Positions 35,098 to 47,142 of a stretch of DNA of 64,000 bases are shown piece after piece. Position 1 is the stretch's first letter, and every line of letters starts with the position of its first letter. The notes under the pieces are model-generated. The model was not told the DNA's origin, did not search any database, and was given only the letters and a program-made list of their open reading frames with translations. The position numbers and the translations under genes are program-made. The stretch comes from Sarea resinae (lineage: Eukaryota), in contig JAPEUD010000013.1 of NCBI GenBank assembly GCA_026026165.1, forward strand, positions 124,001 through 188,000, read 5' to 3'.

Positions 35098-35216
35098 ACA
35101 TACGGCCATAGGTTGTAGAAAATAGAGGATCCCGTCCGCTCTCCTGTACTCAATCTGCAAACCGGTGGATTAGTAGTTGGGTCGGTGACGACCAGCGAAT
35201 ACCCACTGCTGTATGT
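35098..35216 (+). rRNA. 5S rRNA gene (dispersed copy)
   Basis: 119 nt, identical by eye to the reverse complement of 31876-31994, followed by a T-run. Confidence 0.95.
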
Positions 35217-35772
35217 TTTTTGACGTTTTATTTTTGCGTACCATAAATCCCTCTCAAGGATGGGCATATCAATAGATGGACAGATAAATATGAAATGGTT
35301 CGCGAGGCTGGATTGATGTGATGGCATTTGGGAGAAGACGTATGTTTTGTGTGTAGTAGGCGGAGAATAAGGGATCCCAGATGGCACAAAAAAAAGCTAC
35401 TTACCTTAGCTCAAAAAGTTTCTAGACCATTTCTTTTCTTTTAAAAAGGAAAACCTTTCCAGATCTCTAGCCGGCAGAGAGAAGAAGATCGATCCCATGG
35501 CATGGGGAAGATTTGGCTGGAAGGGTTTCTAGATACTTTTTGGTGATGATTTTATCTCTCCAGATATGAAACGAAGGACTTCGATCGAACTACGGTCCTT
35601 GGAACTTCAACGAAACCAAAGACGAGGGGGAAAAATAACGCCTCCTTGAACCTCAATCCTGCAAAGCATTTTGAACAGCCCCGTCCCCGCCCCTTCATAA
35701 CACACGTTATCTTCTCTCGGCCTTTTAGCAGCAGCTCCCTCTCTATCGAAGACCAGACCAGCCCAAAGCACC

Positions 35773-37527
35773 CTAGCCGACAAGCTCACCCACCGCACCC
35801 GGCCATCCACCCCACACAAACACGTTACCAGGCAGTCTCCCCGCAACGGGACTCAGCACTCTCAAGCGGCCCTTCTTCTCGTCCACCTCGGCCACGTAGA
35901 CGAAACCCAGCACGGCGGCGTCACGGAGGGTCTCTTGGGAGTCGCTGGGCGCGGCATGCAGCAGGGCGAGGATGGACTGGTGGAGTTGGGGTAGCGACGA
36001 CGGCGTGGTGAGGGGTTCGAAGAGCTTTTGATGAGCGGCGGAGGAGGCGGGCGAGGTGGGATCGTCGTCGGTGGCGCCACCGGGAAGGAGCGACGGGAGC
36101 AGTGTATTTGCTATTTTCGTCACGTCCGCGCGGTCAGCTTCTGGTCGTCGCCATTGCCAGCAGGCTTGTATATTACGGACAGCAGTCGTACGGCTAGCGC
36201 TTCAGAACACTTACATTCGGCATATTTGTAGATGTGCACGCTCCCCAATTCGACCATCTGCGTGTGCGGACTCAGCGCCCTCCTTGCATCGCCGAAAAAG
36301 TATTCTCGGATCTGCGCTTGTCGCACCGCAGTCATGTAGCCTTCGTCTCGGTCTACACAGCCGCCCGATTTCGAGATTTTGAGTACGGAGATCGGCTCAT
36401 TTGTGCTAGCTGTTTGGTTGTCGAAGCGTCGAAGAAGATGGGTGTAAAGACGCTCGGAGCCGAGGACCAGGAGGATGGTCACTTTGTGCCAACGTTAGTT
36501 TGCACTGCTCGGGCGGTTGCAGAAAAAGAGCTCTGAATCGCGGCAAATTGTGGAAAGGGAAAGTCATATGGAGACAGACCTGAAAATTCGGAGACGATAT
36601 GCTGAATGATATCGTATCCATCCTTGCCCTGACTGATTATCCCTGGCGTATCAATCACGCACCCCGCCTCTCTAGCATCGACATCCTCGGCCATGCGACT
36701 CGTCACCGCCAGTGCCATCCGCGTAACAAGCGGTTTATAGATAGCCTTGTTCTCCTCGGGGCTCTCCTGCCCGTAATAATAGACCAAGGGCAGCTTCACA
36801 GGTACGGGGCTTGGTCCAGACGTAGGGCTACTCCCCCAGCCCTCCTCAACGTCTAGAATCGACCTCACCGCCGTAGCCGTCAGACTCCCCGGTACGCTCA
36901 ACATGCCCTCTCGCGGGTCCAAGTTCACGGCAATGGGCTGGCGTCCAACTTTCGTTGCGTAGGCTGTCAAGATCTTGACGAGACTTGTTTTCCCCGCATC
37001 GTCGGGGCCCACGACCAGGACGCGGGGTCCTTCTTTGCTACCTTGTAGTGATGTCTCGTGTCTTATTTTCTCAAGCGCAAAGTGCGTGTTTGCGTAGCTG
37101 TTCATAGGCGTTTCTTCGGCGGTGTATTCGACGGCGCAGTCGCCGGTGACGTGCAGACGGCAGCCATGCCAAGTGTAGATTGCAGCTTTGGTGCCGGTGA
37201 AGGTGTAGGTCTGGTTTGGGGCGAGCTCTGTACCGAAGAGTTCTGCGGTGCCGTAAAGAAGCTGAAGCCAATGAGGATAATTCGTATTAGCTGACTGAGC
37301 TATACGTCTTGGAACGTGCCGTGCGATGGTTGGCCTGACCGGACTGGATTGCGCAGGAAGATGCTCAAGACGGGCCAATTGAACAGACTTACCTTCACTT
37401 CGACGGTGCTACCGAAGGAAACTTCAAAGCGCCATTCCGAGCCCTTTGGAAGCTCGTGGATGAGAGGCGCTGCGGCGGCAGTGTCTACCTCTGTTGGGGC
37501 TGAAAGCTGGAGTCCTGGTAACGACAT
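35773..37527 (-). CDS. CLP1: mRNA cleavage/polyadenylation factor and polynucleotide kinase Clp1
   Basis: SEWRFEV, GTAELFGTEL, P-loop GPDDAGKTS, NLDPREG, IDTPG and LGFVYVAEVDEKK. Confidence 0.93.
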
Positions 37528-38035
37528 TGCATTGTTGCTGGTGATGTCGCATTCGCGAAAAGATATACTCCGGGTAGAGCTATCTGGCGAATTGAAGATG
37601 GTCTAGACCAGTGTTCCAGATCCCTCGATGTCCAAACTGCAGTACAATGGCTTGTATCTTTTTCATTGAGCAAAGTAATATACAGGCAACTAGACCTAGA
37701 ACTAGAGATGAACTCCAATTAAGGAGTAGTTTCTTTCTCAAATGGAACTGATGAATTATGTTCATCTTTCGGTTCTATGAAAGCGATAATATAGTGCAAT
37801 CGAACACTCTACACCACACCCTTATATCTGAATACCCCCGTCTTTACCCTTTGCTTCAATCGTGTCTTCCCGGTCTTTAACGTGATTGAAATAAAACTTT
37901 GAAAGCTCATGCTAACCATGACCATGTCTGCCAATCGTTTGACTGCCCTCTCGTAGATGACAATCTATTTCGGTAGGAGACCATGTATGCACGCTTTCAT
38001 ATAATATAGCCCAAGCAGGTAATTAAAAGTCCAAA

Positions 38036-39771
38036 TCAAATCTCTAACCCCTCCAAGATACTCGTCACACTCCTGATCCCACGCAGTACATTCTCGTCGG
38101 CCCCCTGACCAGGAACGAATTGTGCGTGAGCAAAGTCGATCAGTTTGAGGGTCAGAATTTTGGGTCTGTCCTCTTCATCGCTTTCCTCTCCGCTATCCTC
38201 ATCGAAGAAATCCTCGCTTCCATCCTCGGCAGCACCAGTGCCATTTTCGAAAAAAGAAGCCGCGGCATTTTGGCCAGATGCAGTTGCGCTGGCAACGGCA
38301 ACACCAGATCCACCTATCTGGATGGCCTCGGCGATCGTGGATCCCTCTTCCCCAATCTCCTCCGCTGGCATTGCATCATCCTTTCTCTTTCCCTGTCCCT
38401 TTAACCTCTTCGCCATCTCTTCCTGACGTTCCTCCTCGTCTTCGATAGCTGTTTCAAGGGCTTCGGCGTCGCCTTCGTAGACGAAGAGAATACTGGCTGA
38501 ATAAAGTCTGCATTCTTCATCCTCGAGGACAGATTGCAAACCTGTGAGGTAGGCGTTGAAGAGATCCCGGATGATATGGAAACGGGTGGAAGGTCGACAC
38601 TTGGAATTGGGCGGCGATAGATTGGCATTGGCACTGGTGGTATCCCGGGAAAGCTTGAAGAATTCACGAAATCCCTCATGTATATTTTCGGCTGTTAGAG
38701 AACGCCCGTACAGCTTATCGTAGGTCTGATAGCCGTCTGCATCAATTTCTATCTTGGTATCCTTTTCCTCTCTCGATTGCGCATCGGACACGGTCCCCGC
38801 CTCTCCCCTCGAGCGTTTACAGCCGTTCCCGTTGACGTCGGCTTCCGTCGCACCAGCGTCACCACTAGCATCTGAAGAGGAAGCTGCATTACCACCTCGC
38901 CAGATCTTCATACCCGCGATTCGAAACCCGAGGCTCCCACTCGTTGTCTCCTTTGATACTTGGTCAAGCCGAGCCCGCTTCTCGGGCGGTGCATCATCAT
39001 CCCACAGCCGAGCACCAAGCTTGACATCCAGGACGTTCGGATGCTTGAACCCTGCGGTAGCATTCGCTAGTACAATCGAGAGCCCTGTGTCGAGCTTCTT
39101 GCCACGCAGTCGCAAAGGTGGAGGAGGGGTTGGGGAACGAGCGTCGAGAGATGCAGTTGACGGGGATGCAGCACTGGTTATGGCAGCATTGGAGGAGGCG
39201 ACCGCGTCGGCGACGGCTGCTGCTGTTGCAGCCGTTGTTGCTGGCTCGGAGTCTGCCGATGCGGACGAGGAGGATGTTATCGGAACGGCAATGGGAGTAG
39301 CAGTCGTCAGAGCATCCGAGGCTGCTGCGATCGCCTCCTCGGAGACTTCGTTGGGCGGCGGCCCCAGTGACAGCGTGCCCATGAAAGTCGGCATGTAGGC
39401 TGCTAATTCTGGATGATTGAGCGCAGACTCGTAGAAGGCGATCTCGGCAGCCGTGCATGGCTTGATGATCAGAGAGCCCGAAGCGTCTGACATGACACCT
39501 TCACTGTGATTTGAGGGCATGATTAGCTGACTTGTGAATCATTTATTTTGTATGGAGTTAAGACATGAAAAGAGTGGGTTGAATGCACGAATTCAATTGA
39601 ATTAGGTCAGGTTGGGCAAGGATGCACTCACTGGCCTGCTGCAGCACTGTCGAAGGCGATCAAATCTGCCTCTTTGAGGGAGTGCTGCTGCTGCTGTTGA
39701 TGCTGTTGATGCTGTTGATGCTGTTGCTGCTGCCGTTCCTGCGGCAGCGGCGAATCTAAATGCCTAGTCAT
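38036..39771 (-). CDS. IPK2: Inositol polyphosphate multikinase (Ipk2/Arg82)
   Basis: PNVLDVKLG (PxxxDxKxG), LGFRIAGMK, SASILFVYEGD and LIDFAHA. Exon 1 (ATG 39771) has a Q/H repeat and ends AFDSAAAG; intron at about 39505-39631. Confidence 0.88.
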
Positions 39772-40867
39772 GGCTCGTACCAGTGTAGGTTCCGAAGGGT
39801 AAGGACAGGATCCAGAGGAGTTCTCATTCAGCGAATATTGAAATTTGATACCTCCTAGATGATTTGATACTTTGGCGTGACAATTTGTTCGGGGAGCAGA
39901 TTGTTACGCTGCGTTCGGTCGTGTCTTAAGATTTTGATGGTCGAGGCCACTTAAGTTTCAGTCGGGATCGATCTGACGATCTGACGTCGTAGGGTCAATA
40001 TACCCTGCAGGGGAGGGCAGCTAGGGACCGACTTCGACGTTGGTAATGGATCGACGGATCTACGTGCGCTGATGCCTTCACAACAAATACGGGTGCAAAG
40101 TCAACAAAGTCACCATCAATCGAGATTATCCTTTGCGTGCGATGTAGATGCATTTCAAGCGGCCTTTATTTACGTCAAACCCGTCCAGCACGTTGATGGC
40201 TGCTCGATTTGGCGGCGGCAGGATGGGATCAGGAGGAGACCCTAGTCCCGGTCAATGCAGGGTTCTAGCCATATTACGTGCATAACGGAATGCTTGGCTT
40301 GACAGCGGCTACTTTGCCTCACTTTTCAAACCGCTGTGACTCGTGAGGAGATTCTCCGATGATTTCATCAGTGGTCCTTAATCCATACGGCCGTGATAAT
40401 GCGCGCCTCCAATATTTATTTCAAAAGTATCTTGATAATCAACTAAGCCATTCTAGCTAAGAGCTCCCAGGGCGGAGATCTGTACAGACAAGACCCTCGC
40501 CATCCACGTAATCAACCAGGCGATCAGCTACGCAGAAAAGGGACCACCACCGCCTAGAAGGGGGCCATCAGCGCCCCAAACGCAAGGAGAAATCCGGTTG
40601 TCTTGGCAAACAGAACAAAAGAAACAAAGAACGAGCACATCGTTTGGCTCGGCGGTATCACGAAGTAGAAGGGAAAGGCGCGGGGTGATTCCACCGTCGT
40701 CTGGTGGGTGACGCGCTAGGCGTTTGCGAGCAGAAAGCCACCAGAACATCTGCATTACGCAAACCCCATTTAAGAAGGACGGTTTCGGGAAGATGGTGAG
40801 TGGCTGTCAAAAGTGAAGTCGAAAGAATAATTATCCCTTGAGCGTAGAAGGAAACATTAAAAAAAGA

Positions 40868-42299
40868 TTAAAGAACGTATGGTAGAATTGCCCTAGAGTA
40901 ATTGGTCAGTGATCGTGTATTGAAAGCGCGTAGCCTTCGCACTTACCCAATCGCCAACGTTGCGCTCAACCCAAGCAATGCCCGCGTCCGGATCTTCTCC
41001 TTCTTCAACTCTTGCTCGAGCAACTTCGTCTTCTTTGATGCCTGAGTCTCTAAGCTGCTATCTTCATCTTCCTCCAAATCGACGGCCTTGCGCTTGCTGG
41101 CCTTCTTCTCCTTGGCGACCGACTCGCCCTCTAGTTTTCGTGCCTCTTCCACCATTTCCTTCGCACGTGCTATCATCTCCTCGGTGCTCTCTGGTGTTGG
41201 GAGTTCGGGAGAACTGGCAGGCATCTCAACCTTCACAGCTGTATGCGTAGTTTCGACGTCCCCGTTTGTATCGACTGTCGAATCCACCTGTACCTGCGCC
41301 TTCTCGCCCTCCTTCTCGCCCTCAACCGAGTCAGACTCGGCTACGGATGCAGCGCTATCCAGAGCAGCTTGAAGTGAAGCGCTTGCCGCGGTCGCAGTCG
41401 CGGCATTTGCTTCTTTGGCAGCCTTCGTAGTACGTTTTCGCGGAGAAGCAGCTTTCTTGGCTGGCGATGCGATTTTGCTCGGCGAAGCCGCACGGCGCCC
41501 ACGGCCGCGCCCCGGGGTGGTTGTTGGGGGTGGTAGAAGAGCATCTGCAATATTATCGGGCAAGATAAATTTCGGTGGAGGAGAGATTGACTTCTTGGTT
41601 GAGCCACTCATCTCGATAGGCGCAGGGTCAAGTAGTGCTTCGATCCAAGGGCGGACGTGATACTCTTCTGCAAGCTTTAATGCTACAGCAATAGTCAGCT
41701 CGGTTGAGATGGATTCGTGTTCCCCACTGACCATGGGATGGAGGGATCCAGATATTGCCGGCCTTCTCGTCTTGGCTTGTGGTAGGGAGACTTTTGATAA
41801 ATTTGCGCTCGGCTTCCTCCTCTGCAAGAGATGCATACGGGAATGATGCTTTAAACATGCCAGTAGCGCTGACGAACCCATCACTACTCCGTCGCTGTTG
41901 TGTATTAGCCCAAATCATTTCTTCATTGGCTCACTCATCTATCAACCTACCATCAAAAAATATGAGTCCGGAAAGGGCTGGTGAGTGCTTTGCGGCCCAA
42001 AGATATCAGAGTCGCTGAGATCTTTGGGGAGTGGCGCACGCAAATGCGCATAGTCGAACATGCCCAGGTTTTCTGGCTTGGTCGCATTCGAGGTGCCAAC
42101 CTGTCCAGGCTTCACAGCAAGGTTGGTCTGCCCCAGGCGACGCCTCTCGACAAGGACCTCATCTGTCCCGAACGTTAGCGGAAACAAAGACCATTTTGAC
42201 GATGATTTGTCCGCTTGCGACAAGACACGTACGAGAAGGAGTAGCCTCAGGATCCAGAAGGGGATTACGGGCTTTCGGTAGCGACCTTTTCTGAACCAT
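40868..42299 (-). CDS. BQT4: APSES/KilA-N domain nuclear-envelope protein (Bqt4-like), multi-exon
   Basis: [42 protein letters not shown] and a C-terminal hydrophobic tail [20 protein letters not shown]. Confidence 0.8.
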
Positions 42300-43329
42300 T
42301 GCGATTGTCGGAGGAGCAAGCGTGCTCGGCCAGGCGCGTCTTTGAGCTGGAAGGATTATTTTTACTGTATAACTAGATGGTCGGCGCGTAGGCGCAACGC
42401 CCTATGCTTCGGCCTATGGTAATAGAATATGATGAAATGGAAGTCAAAGATTGGAGCGACAAGTATCGCGAATGGCGGCGATTGATGAACGACTTCTCCA
42501 GAAGGATCAAGTGCTGCTGGTGGCTCGTTGCGAGGTTGCGACGATGGAGGAAAGAAGAGGAAGCGCACGGATGGATAGAGGACGACTGAGATGGGTGATG
42601 GATGAGAACGGCAATACCTACCTGTACCTACCTACCTACCTTCTTAATGAGCGGGATGAGCTGTCAGGGACCCGAGCCGACCCCAGAGGGTACTTCGATC
42701 AAGGGCGCAAAGAGGTGTGAGGTCAGGTATCTTTCTCGGGTACTAGGTAGCTACAAGGTGATTAATCGCCCGCTTGAGGAATGTGAACAAGAGAACAGGA
42801 GAACAAGAGAAACCCAAAGAGGAAATTAAATGAGATGGCTGGGGGGAGCTCCATCATAGAGACACTGATGACATAATCAATTGGACTGAGTCCTGTCCAT
42901 TGAATATCGCCATTGACGTGCCAGTTTCGTGAAGACTACCGAGTAGATTCACAGAGAGCCGTGGTAGGACAAAGAAGGTTGCCGAGTAGCCAGGTCGTAA
43001 AGAGGAGTTTCTCAAGATTGAAGCTCCCTTTGATCGTTTGATAGGTAATGGGTTTGTATGGATCTTCTATCAATATGAAATCCACACTTCGCTGTCCATC
43101 CAGCGTTCCATTCGGCTTCACCGTCAAAGACGAGAAAAGCGGTGAAGCAAGCGAGCGCGAACTGAGGGGGCAGAACTCCTGCCCCACCACCACTGCCCTC
43201 TCTATCTCACCTCCCACCTCGAGAGCCAACCCATATCGACCACATCCAGCTTAATCAATCAACACTACACGCTCCTGCCAACAGCAACATACAGAAGAAC
43301 TACACGCATTGATCCACTAAATACTCAAT

Positions 43330-44528
43330 ATGGCAAGCCACGCTGAGGACGACTTGGCCCCTTCCAAGACCGAAGGCTACAAGTTGGGCGAGAAGAAGAC
43401 TGTCGCAGAGTACCAGCAACTCGGTAAGCGCCGACCCTTCTTATGTTCTTCAATGAGGGGGAGTTTTCTCATCTTCACCTCTCATGTGCTAAGTTTTTGG
43501 GGGTTCGAACTTGGCCTTAAAACCTCTCCGTCCATATCTGCCTCATGTCGTTTCCTTCTCTCTATGGTTACATAGCATGATGTGCTTTGTGTACTCGTGG
43601 CGCGGTCATCAATTGGGCCTTGAATTACCCCTATTGTTTCTGATTGACGTAATAAGCCTGCCACAGCAATGCTTGGTGTAAAGAATTGCAAGGCAAGGCA
43701 GGTGTACGCATTTTGCTCTTTCAATACACGTTTTTCCAACGGTGATCTATATGTCTTGCATTCTAAGATGTCCCTACCTGCCGTTGTCATCACGCTTTTG
43801 TTTATCCTCCACAAAGCTGAGACGCAAGCAAGAAAACATGTTCGATCCCCTGCTTTATATTCTGCAAGCAATACAAGCATCAGCCATATCGTACATGCTA
43901 ACTCTCTAATTTGAGCGCAGACCAAAATGACGAGTCTCTACGGCGTTGGAAGGAATCTCTGGGCATTGGTGCTGGCCAGGCTATCGCTGATGCCAGCGAT
44001 CCCCGTAAATGCATCATCACTGCTCTCGCCCTGGAAGTTGATGGTCGACCAGACATCGTGGTAGACCTCAGCTCCCCGGGCGCAGCCGAGGCCTTGAAGT
44101 CGAAGCCATTCACCATCAAGGAGGGAGCCAAGTTTCGCATGAAGGCGACGTTCAAGGTTCAGCACGATGTGCTGTCGGGACTGAAGTACCTTCAGGTCCT
44201 CAAGCGAGGTGGCATCCGTATTGGCAAGGACGAGGAGATGATTGTAAGCTTTCAGATTGTGCTGGTCATGCTACTAGCAGTGCTCTGATATCTGGCTTTA
44301 GGGTTCATATCCCCCTAACCCCACTGATAAGCCAACATACGAGAAGAAGTGTAAGTATAGCTGATTCCAAGAAGTGGCCTTGTTAATAGACTTGCAGTCG
44401 CCACGGAAGAGGCACCATCGGGCATGATGGCTCGTGGCCACTACAACGCAATATCAAAGTTCATCGACGACGACGACAACACCCACCTCAAGTTCGAGTG
44501 GTCCTTCGACATCAAGAAAGACTGGTGA
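43330..44528 (+). CDS. RDI1: Rho GDP-dissociation inhibitor, multi-exon
   Basis: DQNDESLRRWKESLG, PFTIKEG, LSGLKY, GSYPPN, EEAPSGMMARGHY and WSFDIKKDW*. Confidence 0.93.
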
Positions 44529-44739
44529 TCTCCTCTTATTTATGCTCCGAGAAACAATATCTGGTGGGGAAGCAGATTGCATAAGATGAAGGAAGCGTGC
44601 ATTTGAATAGTCGTCATTTTCGCTGTGCGAATTGGTGGCCCGCTCGAAAGTTTCGCAAGTACATGGCTATAGCGATGATCCGTTTAAACAAAATGTGCTC
44701 AATGATTCTGATATCCTCCTGAACGCCGTCCGATGTGCT

Positions 44740-45932
44740 TTACAGAAAGTACTCCACAACTACCCCTTGCCCGTCCTTGCCTTGCTGCTGCTGTTGTTCG
44801 CCACGATGCACATCGTTCTCTGGAGCCGCGCCAAAGACGTTGAAGAACCTTTCTCCTGTGTCGCTGACCTCGAGCACGCTCGCCAGATTGCCACATCTGT
44901 AGCAGTAATTTGGAGCACTCCATACTGTACTAAGCCGATCATCGTATAAGACCTGATACCCTTCTTGACATAGCTGATGGGCGCGGAGGATGTGTGACAT
45001 GGAATTGACCTCGAGGAATTTCTTGACTACCTGGGCGCCGAAAGTATAGCCAGCACCACGAGGAGAAAGGGAGAATTCATCCCGGTCGGGGTCAGGATCG
45101 GACCAGACCAGGTCGGCCATGGGACCCTCGTGAGGGATCTCTCGGAAGCGATCAATGATTTTGATCTGGTCGATAGAATGTATGGATGGTGATAGTCCTA
45201 TGGAGGGAAAAAATCAGACTCTGAGTGATGCTGGGGGCCAAGATACCGCAACGAACCTCCATGAACGCAGAATATTTGATCATTGATGACCACGCTCAGC
45301 GTCAGAAAATCGAACATATCCGTGAAGTAATGCCACACGTTGGCATTTCCGTACTTGCGAGAACATTCGGTGTAGAAGCCATAAGACTGAGTAACGCCTC
45401 TCGATTCATGATTCCCTCGTATCAGATGCACACGATGAGGATAACGGAGTTTCAGACAGACAAGCAATGAGATTGTCTCGACGCTGAACAGACCACGATC
45501 AACATAGTCGCCTGGACAATTCGAAGGTCCGGTTAGCATGCTTTGGAAGCAACTATGTCTTCGCGGTACCACATACCAAGAAACAGGTAATTGGTGTCTG
45601 GACAGAACCCTCCGATCTTGAAGATCTCAATCATGTCAAAGAATTGGCCGTGTATATCGCCTACCACGGTGACGGGAGCGGCAATGTGTACCACATTGCT
45701 TTCCTTCATCAACAGTTCCTTCGTCTTGGCACAGATTGCCTCGATGACCGAGTCGGCCAAAAGCTCCTTCTTGTACAGTCGCTCGATGCATTCGTCCAAA
45801 TCGACGGTCGCTGTCGCAAAGTCATCGTTAGCTCGCTTCTCTTTCGTGCCGATGCCGCCTTTTGAAGGCAATATGCAGGTATGACGGGATCGAGGGAGAA
45901 GCTTGGTAGAACGCACCGGGCAAGCCTGGCAT
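44740..45932 (-). CDS. PPG1: PP2A-like Ser/Thr phosphatase catalytic subunit (Ppg1 type), multi-exon
   Basis: [30 protein letters not shown] and C-terminal EYFL. The N-terminus MPGLP...[10 protein letters not shown] is typical of Ppg1 in filamentous fungi. Confidence 0.85.
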
Positions 45933-47142
45933 GGCGACGTTAATGGGCTCAGGCGCACCCTCGAGATATGTAAGCCGGGCGGTATGCGCAGAGCGGAGCT
46001 GCGTCGGAGCTCAAGATACTGCGAACCGTACAATCATAATCTCATCGTCATCCCTGGGGAAAAAGAGAAGATGTAATGCCCTGTCAGATGGCCAGACACT
46101 GAGGGGCGAAAATGCAGTTTTAGTTGATGAGAAATAGTATCGTATGGAGTAGGTAGACAGGTAGATAGATGCCTATTGCGCAGTAGTTCACATTGAACCC
46201 AGGCAGCCCTGAGGTTCCCCGTAATGGATGTAATGGATAAGTGGATGCGTGTCAGGGGGGCCTAGAAGGGCCACAGTGGCTAGAACGTCCAGGAGAAAGA
46301 ACGTCAAAGGCGCAACGGATGCGTGCGATAAGGAGCCGCACCATGTCGCGCCTTTTGCGATCCTATTCGAGAGGAGGAGCACAGCACTGCTGTTGATGTC
46401 TTCGCGTTGAATGCATTTTATCATGCTCATGATCTGGCGTCCATGGAGCACCGATACGTTCATTTGATATATCCATATTAGTCCTGGCCGTACCAGACCT
46501 GGCCGGGACCTTCTCTTTCCTTTTCCCTTGGCTTGTTCTCGCTGGGCTGGGCTGTATTGTATTCGTACCTCCCCTTCTAGACCCCTTAGACGTGCTCTCT
46601 CGACACAATGATCATCTGGCTTTCTTTTGTTGCACCTCTCTCTCGGACCAAACGTGTCCAGCCTTCCTTTCATGGGGTAGCTCTCGATTCGTCTCTTCTA
46701 GAAGTCTGCTCTCGTAACGTCCTTTCTGCCTAAAGTCTGCGTTCCTCGCGATCAGGTCGATCGATATCCTCTCAGTCATCCTTGATGTAAGGCATCTGGG
46801 GAACTCACTGCGCCTTTCTTCACATGATTGCTCTTCAGCCATAGGCGGCCTCCCATGCAGCCTACTACCGTGCGGCCAAGCTTGTATGAACATCGACACC
46901 TTGGGACTCATCCTTCATCAATTGAGCTGCTTGCTTCACCAGGCGTTCGCTTGAACGCAGTCATTCATTGCCAAGCAGCTTCTGCGGTCAACAGCATTTA
47001 AGCTGCTTGAGCTGTTTCTTTCACTCAGATCAACCCTCTCCTCTCTCTCCACCTTCGCCTTGATCAAGTCGTTCATTCCCTCGCGCGCTGTGGCTCATCA
47101 CTTTCCTCATCTGAAGTTATCCTTTGCGGTTGCTACTTCGAC

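Noticed and set aside
43577..43643. Possible C/D-box snoRNA in the long first intron of RDI1
   Set aside because: The C box is imperfect (ATGATGT), there is no terminal stem, and I see no convincing rRNA-complementary guide; a snoscan/Infernal search would be needed.
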